DNA of 43,749 nt from Terracidiphilus sp. (GCA_050014675.1 JBEKCW010000001.1:1-43749); one strand, 5' to 3'. Positions 1-14,267 are shown, numbered from the stretch's first letter. Numbers and translations: made by a program. The notes: generated from the sequence alone by a model not told the origin.

Positions 1-1
1 T

Positions 2-160
2 TGCCCACGCCATGCCGACAATGAGGATGGTGTATGCAACGCACAGGGTGACATAAACGTCCCACCGGGTGCCCTGGAGCGACTCATATGTGAGCGCGGC
101 GCCTGCAATCAGAACAATTGCAACCACGTCTCGTTTAAGGTGTCGTGCTGTAAGCCGCAT
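2..160 (-). CDS. Hypothetical membrane protein, N-terminal part (runs off the window start)
   Basis: Not in the ORF track. Read by eye from ATG at 160: MRLTARHLKRDVVAIVLIAGAALTYESLQGTRWDVYVTLCVAYTILIVGMAWA, with two hydrophobic segments. AGGTGA SD-like sequence lies just downstream of the pyrG stop. Confidence 0.6.
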   Translation of the reverse strand, partial: MRLTARHLKRDVVAIVLIAGAALTYESLQGTRWDVYVTLCVAYTILIVGMAWA

Positions 161-178
161 TCGATCACCTGCCGGTGA

Positions 179-5402
<5,224 letters not shown>

Positions 5403-5408
5403 GAAATA

Positions 5409-5637
5409 GTCTCCTGAAAAATGGCTGAAATGCGATCGATTTGCCGGCGGGAAATGGCCGCGTGGCAGTTTCTCAACATGGAGGAGCGTCCATCCGGATG
5501 CGAATGAGCCTGAATCGAAGGGGCGAAAGCTCGCGCGCCTGCTACGGCGGGAGAGGCTTTCAATCGTTCTTATGATTGCGAAGGATGCGTCAGGCTCGAA
5601 GGGAAACAATCGGCCGGAGTGGCGCTCAGCAGGAGAC
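5409..5637 (-). promoter_or_regulatory. Structured intercistronic leader with an anti-SD/SD pair controlling receptor translation
   Basis: On the mRNA strand, GTCTCCTG (5637-5630) is the perfect complement of CAGGAGAC (5416-5409), which contains the receptor SD. Internal inverted repeats GAGCCTGA/TCAGGCTC (5506-5513/5590-5597) and CAATC/GATTG (5561-5578) are also present. Confidence 0.7.
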
Positions 5638-5946
5638 GGGCGGGGGTCGGATAAACAGCCTGATCTGCCGTTTATGAAGAATGAGAACCGGTTCGGCAGC
5701 GGGCGCGAGGGATTCAAGCTGCACCATCACAACCACGGCGGCAGCGGCCACGGCGGGTACAGCGGTGTGCATCACGATGCAGAGCTGACAATGATCCGCA
5801 TCGGTGTCGTTGGCGTGCAGGTGCGCCACCTGGGCGACGGCCAGCATGGTCAGCAGGGTAAGGCACAGTCCCGCAATCGCACCCACGAAGCGGCGGCGCG
5901 AGCGGAAATCGATGCTCAGATGTGCCCGAAGTGCTGTCAAACTCAA
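5626..5946 (-). CDS. DUF2946/CruR/CutF-like exported leader peptide with CxxC and C-terminal RPPP arrest-like motif
   Basis: Basic plus hydrophobic signal segment (RSRRRFVGAIAGLCLTLLTMLAVAQ), HLH...HCQLC...H, and C-terminus LFIRPPPVSC. It lies directly upstream of a TonB-dependent receptor. Start is uncertain (TTG 5946 or 5940). Confidence 0.8.
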   Translation of the reverse strand: MSLTALRAHLSIDFRSRRRFVGAIAGLCLTLLTMLAVAQVAHLHANDTDADHCQLCIVMHTAVPAVAAAAVVVMVQLESLAPAAEPVLILHKRQIRLFIRPPPVSC

Positions 5947-6155
5947 AGCCCTGCAATCTAAGGATACACAAAATTGGATGCGCCAGCCGCACCACTGGTT
6001 ACGATTAGATGCGCCCGGATGAGGCGAGGGCGCCAACCAGGCCGGCCCCGGCTTCGTCTAAACTGGGAGATCATATCGAGTTTTGTTGGATGGGGACAAT
6101 GAAGCCGGAAGCCGGAGAAATGCTCGGCGGCTGCTGAATGAACGACTTGAGGTTT

Positions 6156-6285
6156 GTGCTACCCCACCCTAGCGACAAAAACAAAGTCGTCGCGAGGATG
6201 GGGCACCCGGGTTTGTGCTGATTTTGGATGGGCTGGTTGAGGTTCGTGCTTTCCCGCCCAAGCGAAGCTTGGACGGGGCACCCGG
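6156..6285 (+). repeat. Two tandem REP-like palindromes (family A: GTGCT-CCC...GGGGCACCCGG)
   Basis: Copies at 6156-6210 and 6246-6285 share ends and the downstream flank GTTTGTGCT but have different internal hairpins. Confidence 0.85.
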
Positions 6286-6311
6286 GTTTGTGCTCTGCTC
6301 GATTTATCGCC

Positions 6312-7385
6312 ATGTTACTCATACCTCAGATTCGACGCGCATTGCCGGCCTGCCTGGGCTTGAGTCTTGGGTTCGCGCTGCTGGCCGTGCCGGCCTTTGG
6401 CCAAAGCTCTGACCCGGCTGACAACCACGGCAAGCCCCTCCCCATGAAGCCGGATCTGCCGGGCATGGCCCGTAATCACCGGCTGATTCTCAAAGACGGA
6501 ACCTACCAGGTGGTGCGCGAGTACAAGGTTGTGGGCAACCGGGTACGGTATCTTTCGCAGGAGCGCGGCGACTGGGAAGAGATGCCTTTGGAACTGGTTG
6601 ACTGGGACGCAACCAAAAAATGGGAGCAGGAACATACCGACCTGACCGCTAACGATGGCTCGTCTCCGGCCATGAAAGAGGCCGAGTCCATCGACAAGGA
6701 AGAGGCCGAGGAACGCGACGACCAGAAGGCCCGCATGCCCGAGGTTGCAACGGGTCTGGAGCTGCCCGATGAAGATGGCGTCTTTGTGCTCGACACTTTC
6801 CAGGGCACGCCCGAGCTGGTTGAGCTGCCGGCCAGCGATCTGGACCTGAACGCGCGCGAGCGGCACGGTATCGCGGTGCTGAATCCCATGGGCGGGAAGC
6901 GCGCCGACATGGAACTGCAGGGCGCACACTCCAAAATTCACCTGCACGTCAACCAGCCGTCGTTCTTTCTTTCGCTTGACGTGCCGGACGCCAAGGAGCC
7001 GGTGCTCTCAGAGCCGGTGACGGTGCATACCTCGAGTGAAGGCTTGAACCACAAGGCCAAGCAGGGCGCACACTCGGCACAGTCGGGTTTTGCCCTGGTA
7101 AAGGTGGACGAGCGCAACGCCATACGGGTGATTGGCGCCATCAAGATAAGCCCGAGCGGCCAGGTGACGCAGAGCGAAAACGTGGTTGCCGCCAACATGC
7201 AGGTGATGCCGGGCAAGCACTGGCTGCGCATCGATCCCAAAGAACCGCTCGATATCGGCGAATATGCGCTGGTTGAGATTCTTTCGGCCGAAGACATCAA
7301 CCAGCAGGTGTGGGATTTTCGCGTGGACCCGACCAAGGGTGACAATCCTGGCTCGATTACGCCGATTCAGAAAGAGGGCCGGTGA
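6312..7385 (+). CDS. Hypothetical exported protein
   Basis: Long ORF with GC-biased codons and an N-terminal signal peptide (LGLSLGFALLAVPAFG). Start trimmed to ATG 6312 because the upstream part is REP sequence. Confidence 0.8.
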   Translation: MLLIPQIRRALPACLGLSLGFALLAVPAFGQSSDPADNHGKPLPMKPDLPGMARNHRLILKDGTYQVVREYKVVGNRVRYLSQERGDWEEMPLELVDWDATKKWEQEHTDLTANDGSSPAMKEAESIDKEEAEERDDQKARMPEVATGLELPDEDGVFVLDTFQGTPELVELPASDLDLNARERHGIAVLNPMGGKRADMELQGAHSKIHLHVNQPSFFLSLDVPDAKEPVLSEPVTVHTSSEGLNHKAKQGAHSAQSGFALVKVDERNAIRVIGAIKISPSGQVTQSENVVAANMQVMPGKHWLRIDPKEPLDIGEYALVEILSAEDINQQVWDFRVDPTKGDNPGSITPIQKEGR

Positions 7386-7392
7386 GGTAAAA

Positions 7393-7412
7393 CAGTGGTC
7401 AGTGGTCAGTGG
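7393..7412 (+). repeat. Heptamer tandem repeat (CAGTGGT)x~3
   Basis: CAGTGGTCAGTGGTCAGTGG just after the stop codon. The same unit occurs at 24758 and, inverted, at 24866-24898 and about 17010-17028. Confidence 0.8.
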
Positions 7413-7830
7413 CTGAGCCGGCAATCTTATGCGATTGCCGGCTCAATTTCAAAGGGCTGTCGTGGCCTTTGGAACGGCTTGACCCCGCCAGAAGGAAATA
7501 GCGGCCTCACCGTCGAAAACGCTAAAGCCTTTTGCCCCATCGACCCGGGCCGCGGCGGCTGCTACCTGCGGTCCCGCAGAAAACGACCCGTCCGAAAGCA
7601 AAACTTTCTGGCCATTCCATGGGCGGGGTTAAGGGTGTATAAATCGAGAATCGAGTTATCTGCAGACTGTACGGCTTTGTGCCTTCCCATCTCTGCCGAG
7701 AGAAAGCCGCCAGGTAAGGTTTGCCGGTCATCCATACTCGATATAACCATTCATGATGCAGCCGATCGCGTCCGGCCATGTTGGGCCGCTAAGCGGCTGC
7801 CTCCAATGAAAGAAGGATGATCTCTCCAGG

Positions 7831-8622
7831 ATGGTCGACTACTACGAGTTTTTGCAGATAAGCCCCAACGCCGATTCCGATACGATTCACCGCGTCTATC
7901 GGTTTTTGGCGTCCCGGCTGCACCCCGATAACCCCGAATCGGGCGACGCCGAAATGTTCCACCTGCTCAAGGTGGCGTACGACGTCCTTTCAAACCCCAC
8001 GGCCCGGGCCGACTACGATGCCAAGCGCAAAGCGGAGCCGGACACCAAGAATCCCTATTCGGAACAGGTTGACTTTATGGACAGCCTGGATGGCGAGCTC
8101 AATCGCCGCCTGGCTGTGCTGGCCGTGCTCTATTACCGGCGTCGCACCAATCCCCACATGCCCGAGGTGGGGCTGGGCGAAATCGAGACCCGCATGGGGT
8201 TTCCGCGCGACTACCTGGACTTTACGATCTGGTATCTGAACAAGAAAGGCTACGTGACGAAGGGGGATAACGCCAACCTGGCATTGACTGCCGACGGGGT
8301 GGACTTTATCGAGACCCAGCGCGGCAATCTGCCGGTGCTGAATAAGCTGCTGACCAGCGGAGTAGGACCCACCGTGGAAGGCGCCAAAGCGGCCCGGCAG
8401 CAACAGACACAGCAACCGGCGCCTCCCAGAGGGCCCGCTTCATTGAACGCGGAGGCTCGCGCCGACAGGCGAACCGACTCGGAACGTCGTGGCGGCCCGG
8501 ACCGGCGGGTGGGACTTCCCGATCTTCGCGTGGTAAAGATTGAGCGCCGCAAGGATGGAACCGACCGGCGTGGAGATAGAAGCGAAAGGCGCGCTCAGGA
8601 AGGGCGCCGGGCGTCGGACTAG
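7831..8622 (+). CDS. J-domain (DnaJ-like) protein with a probable winged-helix middle domain and Arg-rich [DE]RR-repeat tail
   Basis: DYYEFLQI...LHPDN...AYDVLSNP..RADYD J-domain with intact HPD. The C-terminus carries repeated DRR/ERR units. Confidence 0.88.
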   Translation: MVDYYEFLQISPNADSDTIHRVYRFLASRLHPDNPESGDAEMFHLLKVAYDVLSNPTARADYDAKRKAEPDTKNPYSEQVDFMDSLDGELNRRLAVLAVLYYRRRTNPHMPEVGLGEIETRMGFPRDYLDFTIWYLNKKGYVTKGDNANLALTADGVDFIETQRGNLPVLNKLLTSGVGPTVEGAKAARQQQTQQPAPPRGPASLNAEARADRRTDSERRGGPDRRVGLPDLRVVKIERRKDGTDRRGDRSERRAQEGRRASD

Positions 8623-8635
8623 GCGGCGAGGGTTC

Positions 8636-8676
8636 GTGCTATCCCAGGTCTCAAAAGCGAGACCTGGGGCACCCGG
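8636..8676 (+). repeat. REP-like palindrome, family A
   Basis: GTGCTATCCCAGGTCTC-AAAAGC-GAGACCTGGGGCACCCGG between convergent genes. Confidence 0.85.
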
Positions 8677-8737
8677 CTTTCCGCGAATACGGGCGAAAGA
8701 ACTGCGCGAACGGCGATCCAGCATGGCTGCTCAGCCG

Positions 8738-10111
8738 CTATTCGCGAACGGCGATGCCCAGTGCTTTCATCTTGCGGTAAAGATGGCTGCGCTCCAGTCC
8801 CAGCAACTCGGCGGCATGGCTGATGTTGTTGCGCGCTTCTTCAATCTTTTTCTGGATGTATTCGCGCTCGTAGGCGTCGCGGGCCTGCTGCAACGATGAA
8901 AACTCTTCGCCGGCGCGGACCCTGGCTTTTGGAGCCCCGGGCGGCAGGTGCTTGCGCTCAATGCGGAGCACGCGCGGATTGAGAATGAGCACGCGCTCGA
9001 TGACGTTTTTGAGTTCGCGCACGTTGCCCGGCCAGTGGTAGGCGCCCAGCGTTTGCAGCGCTTCTTCGCTGATCTCCATGCGAGGACGCCCGTACTGGCG
9101 TCCGAAGTCGGCCAGAAATTCTCTCACCAGCAGCGGAATATCCTGCTTGCGCTCGCGCAGCGGCGGCACAAAAAACGGAACTACGTTGAGACGATAGAAG
9201 AGATCTTCGCGAAAGTTGCCCTTGGCAATTTCTTCTTCAAGATCCTTGTTGGTGGTGGCGATGAGCCTTACGTCGACGTGCAGGGGCTGCGTGCCGCCCA
9301 CCGGCGTGAACAGTTGCTCGTCGAGGGCGCTGAGCACCTTGGCCTGCGTCTTGAGGCTCATGTCGCCCACTTCGTCGAGCAACAGGGTTCCACCATCGGC
9401 GCGCTCCAGAGTGCCGCGCTGCTCGAGCGGCGCGCCGCCGGGGCTGAAGCCCTGGCCCACCACGCCGTGACGGTAGCCGAAGAGCTCGGCCTCAATGTGC
9501 GCCTCGGGAATAGCGGCGCAGTTGAGCTCGACAAAGACACGGTCGCGGCGCAGGCTCTCGGCATGAATGGCGCGCGCAATCAGCTCTTTGCCGGTGCCCG
9601 ATTCGCCGTAGATGAGCACGCGGCCGTTGGTCGGCGCCATGAGCTTGATTTGCTGCCGCAGGGCCTTTGCGGGCACGCTGTCGCCGGTGAGCACGGAGCC
9701 CACGTTGAACTGCCGTTTGAACTCGTGATTTTCCGCGCGCAGGCGGCGCGCCTCCACTGCGTTCTTGAGCACAATCAGCGTGCGCTCGAGCGACAGCGGC
9801 TTCTCAAGAAAGTCGTATGCGCCAAGCTTGGTGGCTTTCACCGCGGATTCGATGGTGCCATGCCCGCTGATGATGACAACTTCAGGCCGCGTGTCGAGCG
9901 GCTGGCGGCGCAGATCGGCGAGAACGTCGAGACCATCGCGATCGGGCAGCCATATGTCGAGCAGAACCACGTCGTAGGGCGCGTCCTGAAGCAGAACCAC
10001 TGCTTCGGCCGCCGTGGCCGCGGTGGCTACGCCATAGCCTTCTTCGCGCAGAATTTCTTCAAGCGAGCTGCGTATCTCTGTCTCGTCGTCCACCACCAGA
10101 ATGTGATCCAT
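8738..10111 (-). CDS. ntrX: NtrX-type response regulator (REC + AAA+ + Fis HTH) lacking GAFTGA
   Basis: ILVVDDE, LLDIWLPD, Walker A GESGTGKE, LLLDEVGD, WPGNVRELKN and C-terminal ERSHLYRK. The start overlaps the kinase stop (TAATG). Confidence 0.92.
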   Translation of the reverse strand: MDHILVVDDETEIRSSLEEILREEGYGVATAATAAEAVVLLQDAPYDVVLLDIWLPDRDGLDVLADLRRQPLDTRPEVVIISGHGTIESAVKATKLGAYDFLEKPLSLERTLIVLKNAVEARRLRAENHEFKRQFNVGSVLTGDSVPAKALRQQIKLMAPTNGRVLIYGESGTGKELIARAIHAESLRRDRVFVELNCAAIPEAHIEAELFGYRHGVVGQGFSPGGAPLEQRGTLERADGGTLLLDEVGDMSLKTQAKVLSALDEQLFTPVGGTQPLHVDVRLIATTNKDLEEEIAKGNFREDLFYRLNVVPFFVPPLRERKQDIPLLVREFLADFGRQYGRPRMEISEEALQTLGAYHWPGNVRELKNVIERVLILNPRVLRIERKHLPPGAPKARVRAGEEFSSLQQARDAYEREYIQKKIEEARNNISHAAELLGLERSHLYRKMKALGIAVRE

Positions 10112-12417
10112 TAACGCAACCCCTTGGCGACCGTTTCGCCGTTCGCGGCATGAACGCCGTCAATCAACGGTTGGCCGCCGAGCGGCTGGCCGCCCGCGTC
10201 AACCAGCGGCAGACGCACGAGGAAGCGCGCACCCTTGGGACTGTTCGACTCGGCGCGGACCGAGCCGCCGTGTTCCTGGACGATCTTGGCCGCAATCGAC
10301 AGGCCCAGCCCGGTTCCGCGATGTTTGGTGGAGTAGAACGGAAGAAACAACCGCTCGCGAATTTCATCGGTCAATCCGTGGCCGGTGTCGGAGATGGCAA
10401 CCTCGACCGCCGCTCCGTCTTCAGTAAGCGAAGTGTGCACGCCGAGAATGCGCAGCAGGCTGCCCTGCATGGCTTCAGCGGCATTGTCGATGAGATTGGC
10501 CAGGGCGCGGCGAATGGCTTCAGGATCGGCAATCACCGTAGGCAGTCCGGGCTCAAGATCGCGCTGCACCGTGATGCCCTCAAGCCGGCCGGCAAAAAGC
10601 GCCAACGCCTGGTCGGCCACCTGGTTTAAATCGCATGCGCGCGGCTGCGAAACCGGAAACTGCGCCAGCGCCGAGAACTGATCGACGAGCGTGCGCAATG
10701 TTCCCACGCACCCCATAATCACCTCGGTGCACTTGCGGATAATGCTCGGCGACTCAATTTGACCGCGATCGAGATGGCGCGCGATGCGCTCGGCTGAAAG
10801 GGCAATGGGCGTGAGCGGGTTCCTGATTTCGTGGGCCACGCGCTGCGCCACTTCTTTCCAGGCCAGCTGGCGTTGCGCTCGCAGCAGGTCGGTTGTGTCT
10901 TCAACCACCAGCACGCTGCCAGTTTGGCCATTGGCCAGTTCAAGGCGCGCGCTGGTCACGGCCAGGTGAATGTTGCGGCCGTGCCCCTGGAACTCCATTT
11001 CAGTGGAGGCCGCGCCCATGCGCTGCCCGCGCCGAATCACTCCAGCCAGATCGTCGGCGCACTCGGCGGGCATCACCGTTGCAATCCTCTCGCCTTTCAG
11101 GTTGGTGTCTTCGCGCAGGCCGAGCAGCGCGGCGAACGCCCGGTTCGACTGGAGCACAATGCCGGCGCCATCGAGCGTGACCACTCCCGACGGAATGGTT
11201 TCAACAATTGTTTCGAGCTCCCTGCGGCGCTCTTCCACGGCCTGGTTCGCGGCGGTCAACTGCGCCGATGAGCTCTCAGCTAAGCGACGGCTGGCTTCAA
11301 GGTCCGATGCCATGTGGTTGAAGGCGTGCACCAGTTCGCCCATTTCGCCGCTGGCAGCGACGGCCACGCGCCGTTCGTATTTTCCGTCGGCAATTTCGTC
11401 CATGGCGACGGCCAGCGCTTCAACGGGCCGGGTGATCTGCTTTGAAAGCTGTTGCGCGATCCAAAGGCTGGAGAAGAAAACCACTGAAGTGAGAATCAGC
11501 AGTACGAGAAAGAATTCAGCGCGGAGCCGGTTGCGGGTGCGGAAGAGTTGCCAGTACTCGGCGGCATTGGCGCGGATCTGGGTGGCCGTCTGGCTCAAAC
11601 CCTGGGGCATGGGCAGCGCGGTCACCACCAGCTTTCCCGATGCGGTAATGGCCATGGCCAGCGCGTAATCCTGGCCGCCGGCACGAATCACCGATTGATC
11701 GTTGCGCTCGGCCGCAGTGAGCACAATCTGCGAAAGTGCGCCGTGGAGGGCGATCGCTTTCCCATGATCCTCATCGAGCCACGGAATCAGGCTGGCGGGA
11801 CTGTTTTCAGGCGGGGCCTGAAACGCCGCCATGAGGTGCATGTCGCGGCTGAAGACCATGACGAAGCCGCCCTCGAGCGTGATGCGGTGCGAGATGAGCA
11901 CGTTTTCGAGGATGGATGGATCCTGGTCGGGCGCGCCCGAGGAAGCGATGGACTCAGCTTCAGAACGCGCGTTTCCGGTTACGTACTGCACCAGCTGCTC
12001 AACAACGCGCGTCGAGTTATCTCTCAGTTCTGAAGTGTTGGGAGAAAACCAGCGGTCGATCGAGCGGTTCATCAATTGGAAGCTGAACAGGAACATGCAG
12101 ACCGCGGGCGTGATGGCGATGAGCGCCGCGCCGACCATCATCCGAGTGCGCAGGCGTGCCCCGAGCGCGCTGCTGCTCTGGTCGGCGTAGATCTTGAGGA
12201 TGTTCCTGAGCAGCAGCATGAGCAGCAGCAACAGGAGCAGGAAAAAGATGACGTTGATGGCAGTAAAGAAGAGCGTTTCGCCGGAGGTTTCAGGCGTGAG
12301 GAAGCGAATGTTCGAAAGATTGAACGCCTGCAGCGCGCCGAAGCCGAGAAACAGGACAACCAGGCAGGCGACAAGAATCGCCGCCACACGCCCCCGCGGA
12401 TCGCTCCAGAACGACAT
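10111..12417 (-). CDS. ntrY: NtrY-type sensor histidine kinase (TM, HAMP, PAS, HisKA, HATPase)
   Basis: AWKEVAQRVAHEIRNPLTPI H-box, NLIDNA, DTGHG and GTGLGL boxes; coupled to ntrX. Start trimmed to ATG 12417 because the upstream extension is repeat DNA. Confidence 0.92.
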   Translation of the reverse strand: MSFWSDPRGRVAAILVACLVVLFLGFGALQAFNLSNIRFLTPETSGETLFFTAINVIFFLLLLLLLMLLLRNILKIYADQSSSALGARLRTRMMVGAALIAITPAVCMFLFSFQLMNRSIDRWFSPNTSELRDNSTRVVEQLVQYVTGNARSEAESIASSGAPDQDPSILENVLISHRITLEGGFVMVFSRDMHLMAAFQAPPENSPASLIPWLDEDHGKAIALHGALSQIVLTAAERNDQSVIRAGGQDYALAMAITASGKLVVTALPMPQGLSQTATQIRANAAEYWQLFRTRNRLRAEFFLVLLILTSVVFFSSLWIAQQLSKQITRPVEALAVAMDEIADGKYERRVAVAASGEMGELVHAFNHMASDLEASRRLAESSSAQLTAANQAVEERRRELETIVETIPSGVVTLDGAGIVLQSNRAFAALLGLREDTNLKGERIATVMPAECADDLAGVIRRGQRMGAASTEMEFQGHGRNIHLAVTSARLELANGQTGSVLVVEDTTDLLRAQRQLAWKEVAQRVAHEIRNPLTPIALSAERIARHLDRGQIESPSIIRKCTEVIMGCVGTLRTLVDQFSALAQFPVSQPRACDLNQVADQALALFAGRLEGITVQRDLEPGLPTVIADPEAIRRALANLIDNAAEAMQGSLLRILGVHTSLTEDGAAVEVAISDTGHGLTDEIRERLFLPFYSTKHRGTGLGLSIAAKIVQEHGGSVRAESNSPKGARFLVRLPLVDAGGQPLGGQPLIDGVHAANGETVAKGLR

Positions 12418-12423
12418 GCCGCG

Positions 12424-12429
12424 ATTATA
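12424..12429 (-). promoter_or_regulatory. Consensus -10 element 6 nt before the ntrY ATG (probable leaderless transcript)
   Basis: The minus strand reads TATAAT-CGCGGC-ATG, leaving no room for an SD. Confidence 0.6.
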
Positions 12430-12440
12430 GAGGGTGGAGA

Positions 12441-12580
12441 CAGGGAGCGAGGGAGCAAGGGAGCGAGGGAGCGAACTTCTCAGAAGGAGCTGGCCGCGTG
12501 CTCGTGGCGATAATGAGCAAGGCCAGGAAAAACTAAGTCGGCAGGAAGCCCTTGCTCCCTTGTTCCCTTGCTCCCTCGCT
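12441..12580. repeat. Inverted pair of octamer tandem arrays (GGGAGCRA)x4 / (CCCTYGYT)x4
   Basis: 12441-12474 and 12549-12580 are mutually complementary arrays flanking an inner hairpin. Confidence 0.85.
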
Positions 12581-12584
12581 TCAT

Positions 12585-13379
12585 TCAAATCTGCGAGCAG
12601 TCGAGCGGGCTCAGGACCAGGTAGCTGATGTTGGACACAATCTGGTCGTAGGAGAAGCGCGGGTCGGCGACTAGCTTCTTCCAGTCTGGATCGTTTCGGA
12701 AGGCGTTCCAGAGGGTGTCGAGCTGAGAAATGTCAGGGAGTTCGAGCATGTAAGTAAGGTTGGGCATGCGCGAGCCGGCCAGGGTATCGCCGAAAAAGAC
12801 AGGCTGGAAACCGGCCCGCACGAAGATTTGGAACTCGCCTGCGTGAAACATTTCAACCTTGCGCGTGTGCTCCCCATTCGACGGGCTCTCATAGGTGCGA
12901 AGCAGGAAGGTGCGTTTCGCTTTGGTAGCAGAAGTGGCAGGCAGCGTGAGTTTGGGCCAGCCTGCGAACGCTTCAAGCAGCGAAACTTCAACCCGCTGGA
13001 ATGCCGACGCAGCCGCGGTTGCGTTCCAGAAGGGCGCGGCTGCTTGAATGAATTGCTGGTCCTCAGCAAGCTCGAGGTCGAGCCTGGCCAGAGCATCGAG
13101 ATCTTTTCCGGGAATGACGAGGTAATAGGTCGGCGTTTCAGGGCCTATGTCGAGCCGGAAAGCGCCAACCGGGCCGAAGCCTCGTTTTGCGAGCGCGGGA
13201 ATGAGCGCATTGGCGAAAAAGTCTTCGGTGAGCTTGAGCTGCGGCCCATTGGTGAGGCTGTAGCGGCGAATCTGGTAGAACTCGCGCGGTGAGGCGGGCT
13301 GCTGTTGAGCGTTTGCCCGGCCGGCGAGCACAGCGGCCGAGGTTGCAATCGATGCAGCGAGAAAGTTTCGGCGTTCCAT
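12585..13379 (-). CDS. NIPSNAP family protein with Tat signal
   Basis: MERRNFL twin-arginine signal and two NIPSNAP-like repeats (FYQIRRYSL; FLLRTYES...NLTYML...WNAFRNDPDW). Confidence 0.85.
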   Translation of the reverse strand: MERRNFLAASIATSAAVLAGRANAQQQPASPREFYQIRRYSLTNGPQLKLTEDFFANALIPALAKRGFGPVGAFRLDIGPETPTYYLVIPGKDLDALARLDLELAEDQQFIQAAAPFWNATAAASAFQRVEVSLLEAFAGWPKLTLPATSATKAKRTFLLRTYESPSNGEHTRKVEMFHAGEFQIFVRAGFQPVFFGDTLAGSRMPNLTYMLELPDISQLDTLWNAFRNDPDWKKLVADPRFSYDQIVSNISYLVLSPLDCSQI

Positions 13380-13472
13380 AATGACCCTCCACAGGAAGGA
13401 TCATTGTAACTGCCGGGATTGCCGCTCCCGGTCGGGAACGACCGCAGCCAGCCGCGCATGCGCGAGAGCGCG

Positions 13473-14267
13473 CTATCTGAAGATGACGAACTTGAGCCAG
13501 CCTTCCCAGAAGTCGGTGAATGCATGGGAGACGATGTTGACGCGCAAGTTGCCGCGCCACGCCGCCATGGCGCCGAACAGCATGCCCAGAAAGCTGATGA
13601 CCACCACGTTGACCCAGCCCTGGTAGGCGTGAAAGAGTCCGAAAACCGCTCCCTGAGCGACCACGGCAATTGCGAGGTTTCCGGTGAGAGCGTGAAACTG
13701 CCGCTGCAAGAATCCGCGAAAAGCCATCTCTTCGCAAATGCCCGCGGTTATTGAAGCGAGGGCCCACAGGAGGACTTCGGCAAGGCTCTGCGGCAAGAGG
13801 CTGTCAACTGTTTTTGCGGCACCCGCTCGCGCCACGTGCGACGCCAGCAGCCAGTGGGCGCCGTAAGCCGCACCCTCCCACAAAAGCCAGAACGGCAGCG
13901 CTATTCCGAGGTCCGCGGCCAGACTCTTCCACGAGTTCCAGCGACCCCACGACAGAGTCCACAGATTTCCGCCGTGATGGCGCACGCCGCTCCAGCAGTA
14001 AAAGAGCAGGGCCCAGTCCATGCCGATGATCGATAAATAGATGGGGATGGCCTGGCTGTGGCGAGCGAGTTGGCCGGGAGCCGCTCCTGCGCCGCTGGGC
14101 GCGGGCGCGTGCTGGGCCATGAAGCCCATCAGAACAACCCCGGCGCCGATGGCGAGGAAGCCCGCGAGCCAGCCCCACGAAGCAATCGGTGCTGGCGCGA
14201 TTTGGGTTGGCGTGATCTGCCCGGGCGCGATCGGCGTGCCTTTGATGACGCTGTCACTTGCTTCCAT
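13473..14267 (-). CDS. CPBP family intramembrane glutamic endopeptidase (CAAX protease/Abi-like)
   Basis: EEMAFRG, FGLFH and HAFTD motifs with multiple TM segments. It overlaps the PadR gene end. ATG 14267 has an AAGGA SD. Confidence 0.9.
   Translation of the reverse strand: MEASDSVIKGTPIAPGQITPTQIAPAPIASWGWLAGFLAIGAGVVLMGFMAQHAPAPSGAGAAPGQLARHSQAIPIYLSIIGMDWALLFYCWSGVRHHGGNLWTLSWGRWNSWKSLAADLGIALPFWLLWEGAAYGAHWLLASHVARAGAAKTVDSLLPQSLAEVLLWALASITAGICEEMAFRGFLQRQFHALTGNLAIAVVAQGAVFGLFHAYQGWVNVVVISFLGMLFGAMAAWRGNLRVNIVSHAFTDFWEGWLKFVIFR

Noticed and set aside
6156-6294. Repeat-spacer-like pattern suggesting a mini CRISPR array
   Set aside because: Only two units, the variable parts are self-complementary hairpins, the same units are dispersed through the window, and there are no cas genes.
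7395-7820. 141-aa ORF or c-di-GMP riboswitch upstream of the J-domain gene
   Set aside because: The ORF starts in a heptamer repeat and has no protein-like features. The GEMM consensus elements could not be matched.
8948-10114. Long antisense ORFs (also 32154-33455, 36761-37852, 39097-39987, 27581-28270)
   Set aside because: They are shadows of well-supported genes on the opposite strand, expected in GC-rich DNA, and carry no recognisable motifs.
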